NCBI GenBank assembly: GCA_030390025.1
Contig: CM059432.1
Coordinates: 7,130,001-7,194,000 of the forward strand
DNA length: 64,000 bases
Reading direction: 5' to 3'
Source of the DNA: Squalus acanthias
Lineage: Eukaryota
A program made the translations under genes and the position numbers. The notes under the pieces were generated by a model. It saw only the letters and a list, made by a program, of their open reading frames with translations, did not search any database and was not told where the DNA came from. Shown here one piece after another: positions 25,468 through 37,566 of the stretch (position 1 is the first letter of the stretch; each line of letters opens with the position of its first letter).

Positions 25468-26269
25468 GTAACTATAAAATTCCTGCCAGTGACGGTCATT
25501 GGCCGATACTTCACCTTGTTCCAGACGTTGTAATTTATGCTTACGATGTGCTTTGATGAAACTTCTTTTTCTATTTCACAGTCTGTAATACTTGCCTATG
25601 TGTAGTGGCATTTCTAAAGGATATAATTAGTGGTAAATTGTTATGTTTGCCTACATTGTATATTTTGTTCTCTGATGTAAATTAAAACATCAGTGGGGAA
25701 GGGTGGGGAATGCACTGCTTCTGTCTTCATTCCTGTATTTTGGGTCTGCAGAGATATATATTGGTGCAAACTGTCGTGTGACTTGGCATATTGGGCACGT
25801 CAGCAGAATCTGAAGCCCTTGAAATGAAAAAAAGAAAGTCTTGCCTTTCTATAGCGCCTTTTAGGACCCCAGGACTTCCCAAAGCGCATTACAAGCAGCC
25901 AAGTACTTTTTGAAGTGTAGTCAGTGTAGGAAACGCGGCAGGCGACTTGCGCACAGCAAGATCCCACAAACAGCAATGTGATAGAGAGCAGCTAACCTGA
26001 CTTGGTGGTGTAACCTGAAGTACTTCTGTTTCTGAAGCTTCATTCAATCCACGTCAGTAACTAATTTAGTGAAAACAGAATCAAGGTGTTACAGCTGCCC
26101 TTCATAGCGCAAGTGAAGTCCAGCGGGTAACTGTAACACCAGCGGACACTTGATCAAGAGACTGATTCAGTCTCGATTGTTTCAATAAGACAGGTCCACT
26201 TTCGAAGGGAACTTGTGGATGATGGCCTGCAATGATATATCTAAGCTGGTGAAATGTGAAAAGTCATGA

Positions 26270-26622
26270 TATAGAATCATTGAATCATGTAGCACAGAAG
26301 GCGGCCATTCAGCTCATCGCATTCCAGATTGTAACAGCTCGCTGCGTAAAAACTGTCTCCTCATCGCCCCTCTGGTTCTTTTGCTAGTTATCTTAAATCT
26401 GTATCCTCCTGCCAGTGGAAACAGTTTCTCTCTAATTACTCTTATCAAAACCTTTCGTGATTTTGAACACCTCTATCAAATCTCCCCTTAACCTTCTCTG
26501 CTCTAAGGAGAACAACCCCAGCGTCTGCAGTCTCACCACACAACTGAAGTTCCTCATCCCTGGTACCATTCTAGTAAATCTCCTCTGCACCCCCTCTAAG
26601 GCCTCGACACCCTTCCTAAAGT
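26270..26622 (-). mobile_element. CR1 3' fragment
   Basis: LEGVQRRFTRMVPGM...LGLFSLEQRRLRGDLIEVFKI. Confidence 0.88.
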
Positions 26623-26756
26623 ATGGAAACAGGTTCTCCTTATTTATCGGCATAACTTTTACCAAAATGAAAATTGATTTTTCGTTCTGCGGCAAAGGAA
26701 ACCATGTTTGAACGATAACGCAGTGAAATGTAATAATTGTTCCCCCACCTTCTCAG

Positions 26757-26927
26757 GGAGGAAGATGAAGCATCCCAGTGTGCAATCCCCATCTCCACGG
26801 CCCTTATTAAACAAATCGTCCGTGGACCACAGAGAGATTGTACTGTCGGCAAGTTGCTTACAGAGTTCTACAAAATGGACACTAATGCACATTCCCCATG
26901 GCCCTACATAACAAAGGAACCCGACAG
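26757..26927 (+). CDS. VPS13B: VPS13B exon 5 (EEDEASQCAIPISTALIKQI...WPYITKEPD)
   Basis: ttctcag| and |gtaatg; 171 nt, phase 2/2; matches recalled CAVPISTSLIKQI. Confidence 0.93.
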
Positions 26928-27676
26928 GTAATGCAGTGAAACCCTTTGCTCTCTGCTTACTGTGCGTCTAGCAGTTTGGGAATATGCTAAATATTTGATG
27001 CAAATGGATATAATTACAGTGTCTGTTACTTTGGGTATATTTAAGCTGAAATGTCCTTTAATCAGTAAGCACATATAACTGTTGCCAGATATGAACAATC
27101 ATGCCTAATAATGTTTCAAATAGCTTTTTTATGTCCTCTTTTATCAAATTCTTTACATTTTCAGTGGATTAAGAATAAATCTTCGGGGGCCAATCTGAAT
27201 TTAAACAGCATGAACTTGTTTCTGAAAGAGCTTACTGTATCATTTGTATTCCTAAAAATATTTATTTTAAAGATAAAACATATACACTTACAATGCTTTG
27301 ATTATAAAGTGACCATTTTCTTTGCAAGTCCGTCATGGTTTTTGTGAGAGTCATTCGATCCCCAAACTTACTTTTTTAAAGTTCTGAATCAAAACAGTAT
27401 ATCAACTGGTAATCCACAGTTAAGAAGATAAATGTCATTTTAGCTCGGTCTGGAAAGATCGCATTGTAACACAAAAGAATTTGGGGGATAATCTTTGTGT
27501 AAACATTTTCTGGCAGCCTTTTTAAAAGCCAGAACAATTTTTTAAGGATCTGCCACTTTTGACATGAAGAATTATGACAGCTTAAATACTTGTTTCGAGC
27601 ACATAACTGCCAGCGAGGATAATGAAGAACTAATCTGTTTCTTTTAATGTGCGCTTGACCCGAGCAGCAAAAACAG

Positions 27677-27878
27677 CAGTGAGCTGCTTGCTCAGTGGGA
27701 CAGTCCAATGCAAGTTAAGCTGTCTGCCTGGAAGCCCTGCCTTAATACGCTTCTCGTTGAGCTGCTGCCCTGGGCCTTGTTTGTCAACCAATCCAAGTGG
27801 GACCTCTGGCTTTTTGAAGGCGAGAAGATAGTCGTGCAGGTTCCCGCCGGGAAAATTATTGTGCCGCCAAACTTTCAG
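27677..27878 (+). CDS. VPS13B: VPS13B exon 6 (SELLAQWDSPMQVKLSAWKP...LLPWALFVNQSKWDLWLFEGEKIV...PPNFQ)
   Basis: Donor |gtaaat. Acceptor aaacag| chosen for length match to recalled orthologues; in-frame alternative starts at 27668 and 27680. Phase 2/0. Confidence 0.92.
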
Positions 27879-28384
27879 GTAAATGTGTTAACAATACATT
27901 TTCTTTGTCTTGCAAAAAAAAAAACCTTTGTGGCTTTTGAAAGGGCTGGGTTTTTAGTTTCTGGGCAAGTGCTGTGGTGTGTTTCTTCAGAGCTGGATTG
28001 GGATGCTTAAAATAATTCGCCTGAATACCCATATCAGCCTGCACATAGCAAAGATCTTCATCCAGGCTGTTGGGCTGTAGATTCATTTGGGTCCCCGACA
28101 GGGTTTTTTTTTTTACGTGCTCAACGCACAGTCCCTTTATTCCTCCAATAGTTCATTTTTTTTAAATTGAAATCTATGTGGTACATTGGTGTTCCAGCAC
28201 TATGCCACAGCATGGAAGGACCTGCCAATGTCCCCATGATTCCCTTGTCCCATCCTTGGTCGTACTGTCCACCAGGTTCCTGTTAGAGGCGAGGTGTTAC
28301 CACAGAGGAAATGAAATTTGGAGAATGAGCCACTTAAGCTACACTTGCACGTTTCCTGTTAGGCTTAAAGGCAGTAGTTCCTTT

Positions 28385-28850
28385 AAGAATCATAAATCTT
28401 ACAGCACAGAAGGAGGCCATTTGGCCCATCATGGAAGAGCTGGCCAATTAGTCCCACTCCCCCTGCTCTTTCCCCATAGCCCTGAAAATTTCTCCCCTTC
28501 AAGTATTTATCCAATTCCCTTTTGAAAGATACTATTGAATCTGCTTCCACCACAGGGACTGTAGGAGGCCATTCAGCCCCTCGAGCCTGCTCCACCATTC
28601 AATGAGATCGTGGCTGATCTGTGACCTAACTCCATATGCCCGCCTTTGTCCCATATCCCCTAATACCTTTGGTTAACAAAAATCTATCAGTCTCAGACTT
28701 AAAATTAACAATTGACCGAGCATCATCTGCCGTTTGCGGAAGAGAGTTCCAAACTTCTACCATCCTTTGCGTTTCCTAACTTCACTCCTGAAGGCCTGGT
28801 GCACTCCAGATTGTAACAACTCGCTGCATCAAAAAAGAATGTCTCCTCAC
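28385..28850 (-). mobile_element. Two nested CR1 3' fragments
   Basis: One 3' UTR type is interrupted at about 28553-28800 by a second type. Confidence 0.75.
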
Positions 28851-29065
28851 GGGAGCAGGTTGCCTACCATGCACTCGGGGCTTGGAAATAGCACATGACC
28901 TGAAAAGTGAGAGGAAAAATCATTTGTAAAAATGCAGGCAATTTTGATTCGGTTAAAATGTTGGCTTATTAACCTTGGGGGGAAAAAAACGCAAAAATGC
29001 CAGTCAAAATCCTTTGGAAAATGCTATAAAAACGCTCTATTTTCTTTTTAACCATTATTTTTCAG

Positions 29066-29254
29066 GAGCCTTTTCAGATTGGTATCTATTGGGCCAGTAC
29101 GAACACCGTACACAAATCTACGGCAGTCCGGCTCGTGCATGATGTCACATCCCCTAAGTGGAAGGATTATCCCATCACTGATGTCATCACGCTGGATGAG
29201 GAAGGGATTGCTGATGCAGATGTAAAACTTGGAACCTTTCCAGATCATCAGAAG
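29066..29254 (+). CDS. VPS13B: VPS13B exon 7 (EPFQIGIYWASTNTVHKS...TSPKWKD...FPDHQK)
   Basis: ttttcag| and |gtcggt; 189 nt, phase 0/0; translated by hand. Confidence 0.95.
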
Positions 29255-29564
29255 GTCGGTTTGAAATGCTGAGCTTTCATTTGCACTTGTGGGAACATTT
29301 AAGAAACCAGCCCCAAGGGGTTTTCTGTCGGGACATTAGTAGGGTATCTGAAACTGTAAAACAAAAGCTCCCTTCCCCATGGCGAGAGGAAGAAACCTTG
29401 TTCTAGATGCTGCACCCCCTTTCTTGCCAGCTCCTGCTGGTACTTGCATTTCTAAGAGGTTCCAGGTGCATGATCGCCCAGAAAATACTGCACTTTTTAC
29501 ATTACAAACTGGTGCGTTTTGGTTTATTGTAAATAATTTCTTACTTCATGATTAGATTCTTCGG

Positions 29565-30310
29565 AACATAGGAACAGGAGTAGGCCATTCAGCCCCTTGA
29601 GTCTGTTTCGCCGTTCAATTCAGTCATGGCTGATCTGTATCTTAACTCCATCTACCTGCCTTGGTTCCATAACCCTTCCATAATACCCTTGCCGAACAAA
29701 AATCTATCAATCTCAGTTTTGAAGTTTTCAATTGACCCCCCCCCCAAACTCAACAGCTTTTTGGGGAGAGATTTCCACCACCCTTTGTGTGAAGAAGTGC
29801 TTCCTGACATCATCCCTGAACAGCCTAGTTCTAATTTTAAGGTTATACCCCTTTGTTCTGGACTTCCCCCACCAGAGGAAATAGTTTCTCTCTCTCTACC
29901 CTTTGATCATCATAAACACCTCAATTAGATCACCCCTGAATCTTCTTTACTCAAGGAAATACAAGCCTAGTCTGTGCAACCTTTCCTCCTAATTTAACCC
30001 CGGTATCATTCTGGTGAATCACCATCTCCAAGGCCAATATATCTTTCCTGAGGTTCCCAGACTGCATGCAGTACTTCAGATGGGGTCTAACCAGACCTCT
30101 GTACAGCTGTAGCATAACTTCCACCCCCTTGAGTTGAAGGCCAACTTTCCATTAGCCTTTTACATTATTTTTTGCACTTGTCCACCAGCTTTTAGTGATT
30201 GCTGTACTTGGACCCCTAAATCTCTCTGCTCCTCCGCAGTTCCCAGCTTCTCACCATTTAGAAACCGCCTTTATCATTCTTTATTAGGTCCAGAGTGGAT
30301 GACCTCACAC
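29565..30310 (-). mobile_element. Decayed CR1 3' fragment
   Basis: ggaacataggaac tail and an RT C-terminal remnant. Confidence 0.8.
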
Positions 30311-30437
30311 TGACCTGAATCTGAAAAAACAGGAACAACAAATAACATTTGGTTTTATCCATGTTCAACAGACCTAACTGATTACATCGCTTCCCCAAAA
30401 GCTGCTTAAACAATAACACACCTCCTTCACACACATT

Positions 30438-31300
30438 GGGCTGGATTGTCAATGACCCGTGGAGTCGGGTTTGGAGGCGTGTGGGGGGTTAAAGTTGCAG
30501 ATTCGGGGGTCCCGACCCCATCCCGACTCCATTCCGCCTCCACGCAATTTTGACAAAATCGGTCACGGGGTTCCCGACTCCGTCCCGCCTCCAAGAGGCG
30601 GGAGAGGCCATTAAAGCCCTTAACAAGCCCTAAATTGGCTCTGTAATGCCATTTTGAAACGTTTTAGCTAGTTTAACCCTTTTCCGACGTGAAGCACGCC
30701 TGATGTGAAACACGCCAGTGAAACCTGGCGGGAGCACAAGTGGATAGCTGACTATCAGCTGCAGGTCCACTATTACAATGGAGATGTGATGAAGGTAGTA
30801 GTAGTATTAGGTCTGAAAGTCGCCTCTGATGCTGCTGCATTGAATGTCTTCAGAGACTGCCTGGCCTTTGCTGTGAGAGGACCTGCAAAATGAGCAGCAG
30901 CAGTCCTAAGTCTGCTCCCAGATATTTTTACACCACCACTCCCAGATATGTCTCCTCTCCATCCATATATACATCCATCCACATAGCCATCCATATATGC
31001 ATAGCCAGCCATGCTCCCTGCCAGGTTTCACAATCGTGGTTCAGAACAGGCGTGCTTCACGTAGAACAAGGGTTAAAATCACAAAGGCCTTTCAAAATGG
31101 CATTATAGAGGCAATTTAGTGCTTGTTAAGGGCCTTAACAGCCTATCCCGCCTCTTAGAGGCGGGACGGAGTCGGGACCAGCAGACACAATTTAATGAAA
31201 ATTGCGTGGAGGCGGACTTGTGTCCGCCCGCCAGTTTTCGCAATTTTAACCCCCCACACGCCTCCAAACCAGCCTCCACGGGTCAATGAAAATCCAGCCC
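30438..31300. mobile_element. Harbinger-like foldback element with about 290-bp imperfect inverted arms
   Basis: Ends GGGCTGGATT / AATCCAGCCC. Arms about 30438-30736 and 31012-31300 are reverse-complementary. Flanks att/ttt form an imperfect 3-bp TSD. Confidence 0.85.
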
Positions 31301-32020
31301 TTTCTCTTTATTTACTCTATCAAAACCGTTCATGATTTTAAAAGTCTCTATCAAATCTCCTCTTAGCCTTCTCTGCTCTAAGGAGAACAAACCCCAGTTT
31401 CTCCAGTCTATCCACCTAACTATAATCACTCACCCCTGGAACCATTCTAGTAAATCTCTTCTGTACCCTCTCCAAAGCCTTCACGTCCTTCCTAAAGGCC
31501 AGAATTGGACACAATGCTCCAGCTGGGGCCAAACTAGTGTTCTATATAGATTTAGCATAACTTCCTGGCTTTCGTACTCTATGCCTCTATTTATAAAGCC
31601 CAGGATCCCACCTGCTTTATTAACTGCTTTGTTAACTTGTCCTGCCACCTTCAAAGATTTGTGCACAAACACCCCCAGGTCACTCTCTTCTTACACCCAC
31701 TTTAAAATTATACCATTTAGCTTGTATTGCCTCTCCTCATTCTTCTTACAAAAATGTATCACTGCACACTTTTCTGCGTTGAATTTCACCTGCCATGTGC
31801 CCGCCCATTCCACCAGCCTGTCTGTGTTCTCTTGAAGTCTATCACTATCTTCCTCATTGTTTACTACACTTCCAAGTTCCGTGTCATCTGCAAATTTCAA
31901 AATTGTGCCCTGTACCCCCAAGTCCAAGTCATTAATGTAAATCAAAAACAGCAGTGGTCCGAGTACTGAACTCTGGGGAACACCACTGTATACCTCCCAC
32001 ACCACTGTATACCTCCTTCC
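31301..32020 (-). mobile_element. CR1 RT fragment
   Basis: SGVPQSSVLGPLLFLIYINDLD...KFADD. Confidence 0.9.
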
Positions 32021-32304
32021 CTAAATGAGGCCTCTACTTTAGGAACAATAGCTATTCTGTCCCCATTCTCTCTCAAGGAAAGATGCATGCTTTTAACTTA
32101 ACCATACATTATCAATGATGTCAGAAGTTAGTGGTAATCGGTGGCTGTTTTGCACCCCCTCCCTCGTTAAAGATATTGCTGTGTAGTTGATAAATAAAAA
32201 GTAAAGCATTTGATAAATATAACTAATGTTTCATAAGTAAGATTCATTAACCAAGGTAAACTATCTGTGTTGAATTGGACCACTGATTGAGGTTGCTATG
32301 TTTT

Positions 32305-32765
32305 CAGCCGTGGCTCAGTGGGCAGCACCCTTGCCTCTGAGTCAGCAGGTTGTGAGTTCAAGTCCCACTCCAGAGACTGAGCACGAAAATCTAGGCTGAC
32401 ACTCCAGTGCAGTGCTGAGGGAGCGCTGCACTGTCAGAGGAGCCGTCTTTCGGATGAGACGTTAAACCGAGGTCCCGTCTGCCCTCTCAGGTATACGTAA
32501 AAAATCCTATGGCCACTCTTTCAAAGAAGAGCAGGGGAGTTATCCCCGGTGGCCTGGCCAATATTTATCCCTCACTCAACATCACTAAAACAGATTATCT
32601 GGTCATTGTCACATTGCTGTTTGCGGGAGCTTGCTGTGCGCAAATTGGCTGCCGCGTTTCTTACATTACAACAGTGACTACACTTCAAAAAAGTACTTAA
32701 TTGGCTGTAAAGTGCTTTGGGACGTCGGTGGTCGTTTAAGACGCTATGTAAATGAAAGTCTTTCT
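32305..32765 (+). mobile_element. Full-length Deu-domain tRNA SINE
   Basis: A-box tggctcagtgg, B-box gagttcaagtcc, central domain and L2-like tail. Confidence 0.88.
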
Positions 32766-33067
32766 TTTTATAACTAACGCGGTATGAAATTGTAGAACAG
32801 CAGTTAACCACAAATGGGAGTAATTTCCATATTTCCATTTTTGTGCAGCAAATGCTATAGGAACCTCAGTGCGAAGGTCAATGGGAAGACAGCGAGTGTC
32901 TATAAGTGTCTTATTTTTTGATTGCAAAGCTGCTTGCCTACCTAACAACAGTGATTACACTGTGAAGTGCTTTGGGATATCCCAAGGACGGAAGTGATGT
33001 TATGTAAACGCAAGTTCTGTCTTTCTGTTTCTTTCTACTTTGCTGATATGTTCTCTGTGCTCTGCAG

Positions 33068-33214
33068 TTGTGTCAGTTCTGCATCTCGTCAGTGGTGCGA
33101 CATGGGATTCAAATCCTTGTGATTGAGGACAAGACAGTTATAATGAACACCACCGGTCACAAAATCTACTATCGACCTATGCTCATCTTCCCAGAGCGAG
33201 CAACACTAAAAGAG
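33068..33214 (+). CDS. VPS13B: VPS13B exon 8 (LCQFCISSVVRHGIQILVIEDKT...ATLKE)
   Basis: tctgcag| and |gtacaa; 147 nt, phase 0/0. Confidence 0.93.
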
Positions 33215-33813
33215 GTACAAGTTACAGAAATCACTTTCTATAATAACTGTCTTTCACTTAGTCCAATCTATGGCAATACTAAACGTGTGTATTTAATCCA
33301 AGTTACGAGTTTATGACGACGGTCTCTGTAATTATAGAGCATTGAGCTTTTGACTGGTAAATCTAAGTTTCGATCTTTGTTGTGTCTGGCATTCACACAA
33401 ACTTTCCCTTGAGCGTTTCATTGGTCTTTGCTACAGGTTCTGAGGAAAGGAAAAGTAGGAGAGCCTTATGGCATTGTCTAGCCACACTTCCTAGGAATGA
33501 CCAGGAGTAGGGTATCTCTTCAATAGATTTTTGTTCGGCAATGGTTTTTAGGGCTACAGAACCAAGGCGGGTAGATGGAGTTAAGATACAGGTCACCCAT
33601 AATCTAATTACAACGTATTGCAAAGTATTTACAGCACAGAAACAGGCCATTCGGCCCAACAGGTTCATGACGGATGTTTATGCTCCACACGAGCCTCCTC
33701 CCACCCCTCTTCATCTCAGCCCATCAACATATCCTTCTATTCCTTTCTCCCTCATGTGCTTATCTAGCTTCCCCTTGAATGCATCTATGCTTTTTGCCTC
33801 AACTACTCCGTGG

Positions 33814-34346
33814 TAAAAACAGAAAATGCTGGAAATACTCAGCAGGTCAGGCAGCATCTGTGGAGAGAGAAACAGAGTTAACGTTTCAGGTTGATGACCC
33901 TTCGTCAGAACTGGAAAAAGCTGGAGATGGAACAGGTTTTTAAGCAAAATTTTTGCCTTCTTTTTCCTCTCTCTCACATGGCAGCTGTCTTTCATTCTGC
34001 CAGTGCCATTTACACTTCATCTAGAGCCATCTTTTGTTTCTTAACTTGTCCCATTACCATCTCCTTTTGCCTTGCACCATCATCCCTTTTGTCTATTAAT
34101 CTCTCCTGCCTTCCATCCTATCACAGACCTTCCCTTTTGTTCTTTCCTCCCCTCCCCCCTTTCCCTGCCCCTGCACTTGCTTAAAAACCTGTTCCATCTC
34201 CAGCTTTTTCCAGTTCTGACGAAGGGTCATCGACCTGAAACGTTAACTCTGCTTCTCTCTCCACAGATGCTGCCTGACCCGCTGAGTATTTCCAGCATTT
34301 TCTGTTTTTATTTCAGATTTCCAGCATCTGCAGTATTTTGCTTTTG
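33814..34346. mobile_element. Non-autonomous Penelope-like insertion with an inverted terminal-repeat arrangement, inside an antisense CR1 fragment (about 33625-34560)
   Basis: 134-bp arms 33814-33947 and 34177-34310 are nearly perfect reverse complements. Flanks tactccgtgg / tactccctgtgg look like a TSD. Confidence 0.85.
34212..34248 (+). ncRNA. Minimal type I hammerhead motif (antisense twin at 33876-33912)
   Basis: AGTT-CTGACGA-A-GGGTC(atc)GACCT-GAAA-CGTT-AACT. Confidence 0.7.
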
Positions 34347-35384
34347 TACTCCCTGTGGTGACGAGTTCCACATTCTCTGGGTAAAGACATTTCTCCTGAT
34401 TTCCCTATTGGATTTATTGGAGACTATCTTATATTTATGGCCCCTAGTTCTGGTCTCGCCTGCAAGTGGAAACATCATCTCTACTTCTACCCTATCAAAC
34501 TCTTTCATAAACTTGGAAGACCTCTATCAGGTCACCCCACAGTCTTCTCTTTTCTAATTGAATGGCCGAGCAGTCTCAAATGACTGCTTGACCTACTCCT
34601 GTTCCGATGCTACTATCTTGGGGGATCTCTATAGTTTGGACTTGACCAACCAAGTGGATGGAATGGATACAGGGAAAGGGTATGAATTCGCAGAAATACA
34701 GCAAAATATTACAGCAAACCAAGTTATCGTGTACAGCTGTATCTGGTGTTTCTCATTTGAGATGCCAGTCATTTTCATTTGTACATTTGGCTTCAAGTTC
34801 TTCACTACTCATAAAAATAGAAGCTGAAAGTCTGTTTCCCCTGGCTGGAGAGTCTAGAACTAGGATAAGGATAAGGGGTTTAAGCCATTTATGTCTGTGA
34901 TCAGGAGAAATTTCTTCACTCAGAGGGTGGTGAATTTTTTGGAATTCTCTGCCCCCGAGGGATGTGGATGCTGAGTCATTGAGTATATCCAAGAATGAGA
35001 TCGATGGATTTTTGGGCTATGGGGATAGGGCGGGAAAGTGGAGTTGAGGTCGAAGATCAGCCATGATCTTATTGAATGACGGAGCGTACTCGTGGGGCCG
35101 TGTGGCCGACTCCTGCCCAAATTTCTTATGTTCTAACAAGGACTTATGCGAGAGTTTACATAAAGATGTGGGCCTTTGGTTTCTTTTCTTTCTTTTGTCA
35201 TGACTTGTATTACTTGGTCCTCGGACAGAAGCAAAACAATTCACATTGCTACAACTATGAAACTTCAAAGATGATGACTTAAAATGGGAGTCATTTTAAC
35301 TTAATTGATTTTATTAGTCTCTGCTCGATGTCCTGGGATCAGCTGCCCCTTCTAGTTTGATATTATCTGTGAATTTGATCAGTT

Positions 35385-35858
35385 GGGGTAGATTTTCACT
35401 GCAGGTAGTTCTCGGGTGAGCGACGGGAAGAGTGACGGCGCTGCCCGCCCGACATGGTCAGTCTGAAGCCCGAACCATTTTGATGACGTTTAAATTTTAA
35501 TCGGGGCGCTGCCCACACATTTTCAGTGGTGGCAGGCTGCCCAACCAACGGGAGGGCGAGATTTCCAGTGGCACCTTTTTTAAAGCATGGTTGCACCTCT
35601 CACAGCTGTCCTTTTACTCTCTCGAAAAATGTTGCCGCCTAGGGGAGATTCGGGCCGCTACACGTCGCGGGCAAGAGCACCTCGATTTAGTGACTCGTCG
35701 GTGGAGGTCTTTGTTTTGAACAGGCGAGGGCACGGAGTCAGGCGGGAGGGTGCCCAGCCCCAGGCAGATTCTGTCGCAGGGTCTGGAGCGATGTGGTGAA
35801 AAATGTAACTGGGCTTCCAAAACACTTTGCCAGCGCTCCACGAAAAATGATCTACTCT
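35385..35858. mobile_element. Decayed Harbinger-like MITE; right boundary uncertain
   Basis: Left end GGGGTAGATTTTCAC resembles the other MITE ends; interior is GC/CpG-rich. Confidence 0.4.
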
Positions 35859-37039
35859 GGACCTTGATGCACAATTTGTAAATGCGCTAGTTTTTTTTAA
35901 TCACATGACTCAAATTGGCAATCTTCACATCCTGTACTGCTATAAATTACGGATAGTGGTCTCAGCAGATTTTGTTTAACTGACAAATCTTTAACAAATT
36001 TCCAGCTAGTTAAAGATATGGCCGTAACTAATTATTATATGAATTCCTTTCAAAATTTGACATGCCTCCTGTCTCATAATGGCCTTCAGTGTAACTTCAG
36101 TAACTTGCGAAGTCTTTAACAGATTTGCACCCAATTTCAGTACATAGCTTTTTTTAAATTATTATTTGAAGAATAATTCTGCTGTAATTCGAGATGACGG
36201 CCTTTGTTATATTAGTCTTTGGTGCCCACTCAGTACCTTGCGCTAGGCTGGACATATTTTCACTAACTTCGGCAAGTTGGCAGCTGTGGTCTTGTCATGT
36301 TACCCTGAGGGGAGTAACACTGCCCCTTCCACCCTTGCTAAATGTCAACAGATGACATGCTCGTTGAAGTAAGACATTTATATACATTTCAAAACAAGTA
36401 GGAAACTCTAATAACAGCCACTTTTCAGCTAGACAGTTATTTAAAAATAAAGAGACAAAAAAACACAGGTCACACACAAGGAGAAATTTGTATTTTTTAT
36501 GTTGAAGAGCAGTGAGAACTATGGCAGCCAATAAGCCTTGCGCTTCTCTCATCTTCCAGACAGTAGGACCAGCAGTTGTGGGATTATATCTGGGGGGGCT
36601 AGTGGGTAATGTTAGTCATGGCCTTTTCCCCAGATAGGTTGGATGTTACTGCATTACGTTATTCCAAGTCCTTATGCAATGATGAGGCCACTAATAGACC
36701 GAGAGAGAGGTTTAAAGAAATGTCTTCACTCGGAGAGCAGTTGGAGCATGAGTTGCTTTCCCGATCCCGTGGGACAGCACATTAGCTGTTGTGTTAGTGT
36801 GTCACTGATAAAAAGTGTACAGATTTTCTTGTAATGCGTGCTCCACCACCCCCCCAAATTCTTTGAAGTGGGGAAAAATATAAAAGTGCAATTACTTAGA
36901 ATTTTACAGCACAGAAACGGGCCATTCGGCCCCACTGGTCCATGCCAGTGTTTATGCTCCACACGAGCCTCCTCCTACCCTTCTTCTAACCCTATCTAAG
37001 TAGCTCTTACATCAGCGTAAATCACATACCATTGTGAGA

Positions 37040-37385
37040 TGCCATACCTCCTCCAGCCCTACAACTTCCGAGATCTCTGCGCTCCTCTAATTCTGGCCTC
37101 TTGCGCATCCCCGATTTAATCGCTCCACCATTGGCAGCCGTGCCTTCAACTGCCAAGGCCCTAAGCTCTGGACTTCCCTCCCTAAACCTCACTGCCTCTC
37201 TACCCCTCTCTCCTCCTTTAAGACGCTCCTTAATACCGACCTCTTTGACCAAGCTTTTGGTCATCTGTCCTAATATTTCCTTATGTGGCTCAGTGTCAAA
37301 TTTTGTTTGATAAACGCTCCTGTGAAGCGCCTTGGGATGTTTTACTATGTTAAAGGCGCTATATAAATGCATGTTGTTGTTGTTG
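37040..37385 (+). mobile_element. L2 3' fragment
   Basis: Same tail as the other L2 copies, ending gctatataaatgcatg(ttg)n. Confidence 0.85.
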
Positions 37386-37566
37386 GAAGGCCACGTATTT
37401 TCCAGCAGGGTGAGAAGAAGTGCTATCTTGCTGTTGTACTCCAGTTACACATGAGCTTCATCCCAGCTCTGCAATTGGTTGGAGTGCCCCTTTTTCTCAG
37501 CTAGGGAATGTGTCAAGCAGGGATGCCTGAAGAGGGGCCGAATTATCATTTAAAATGGGACAAAAC

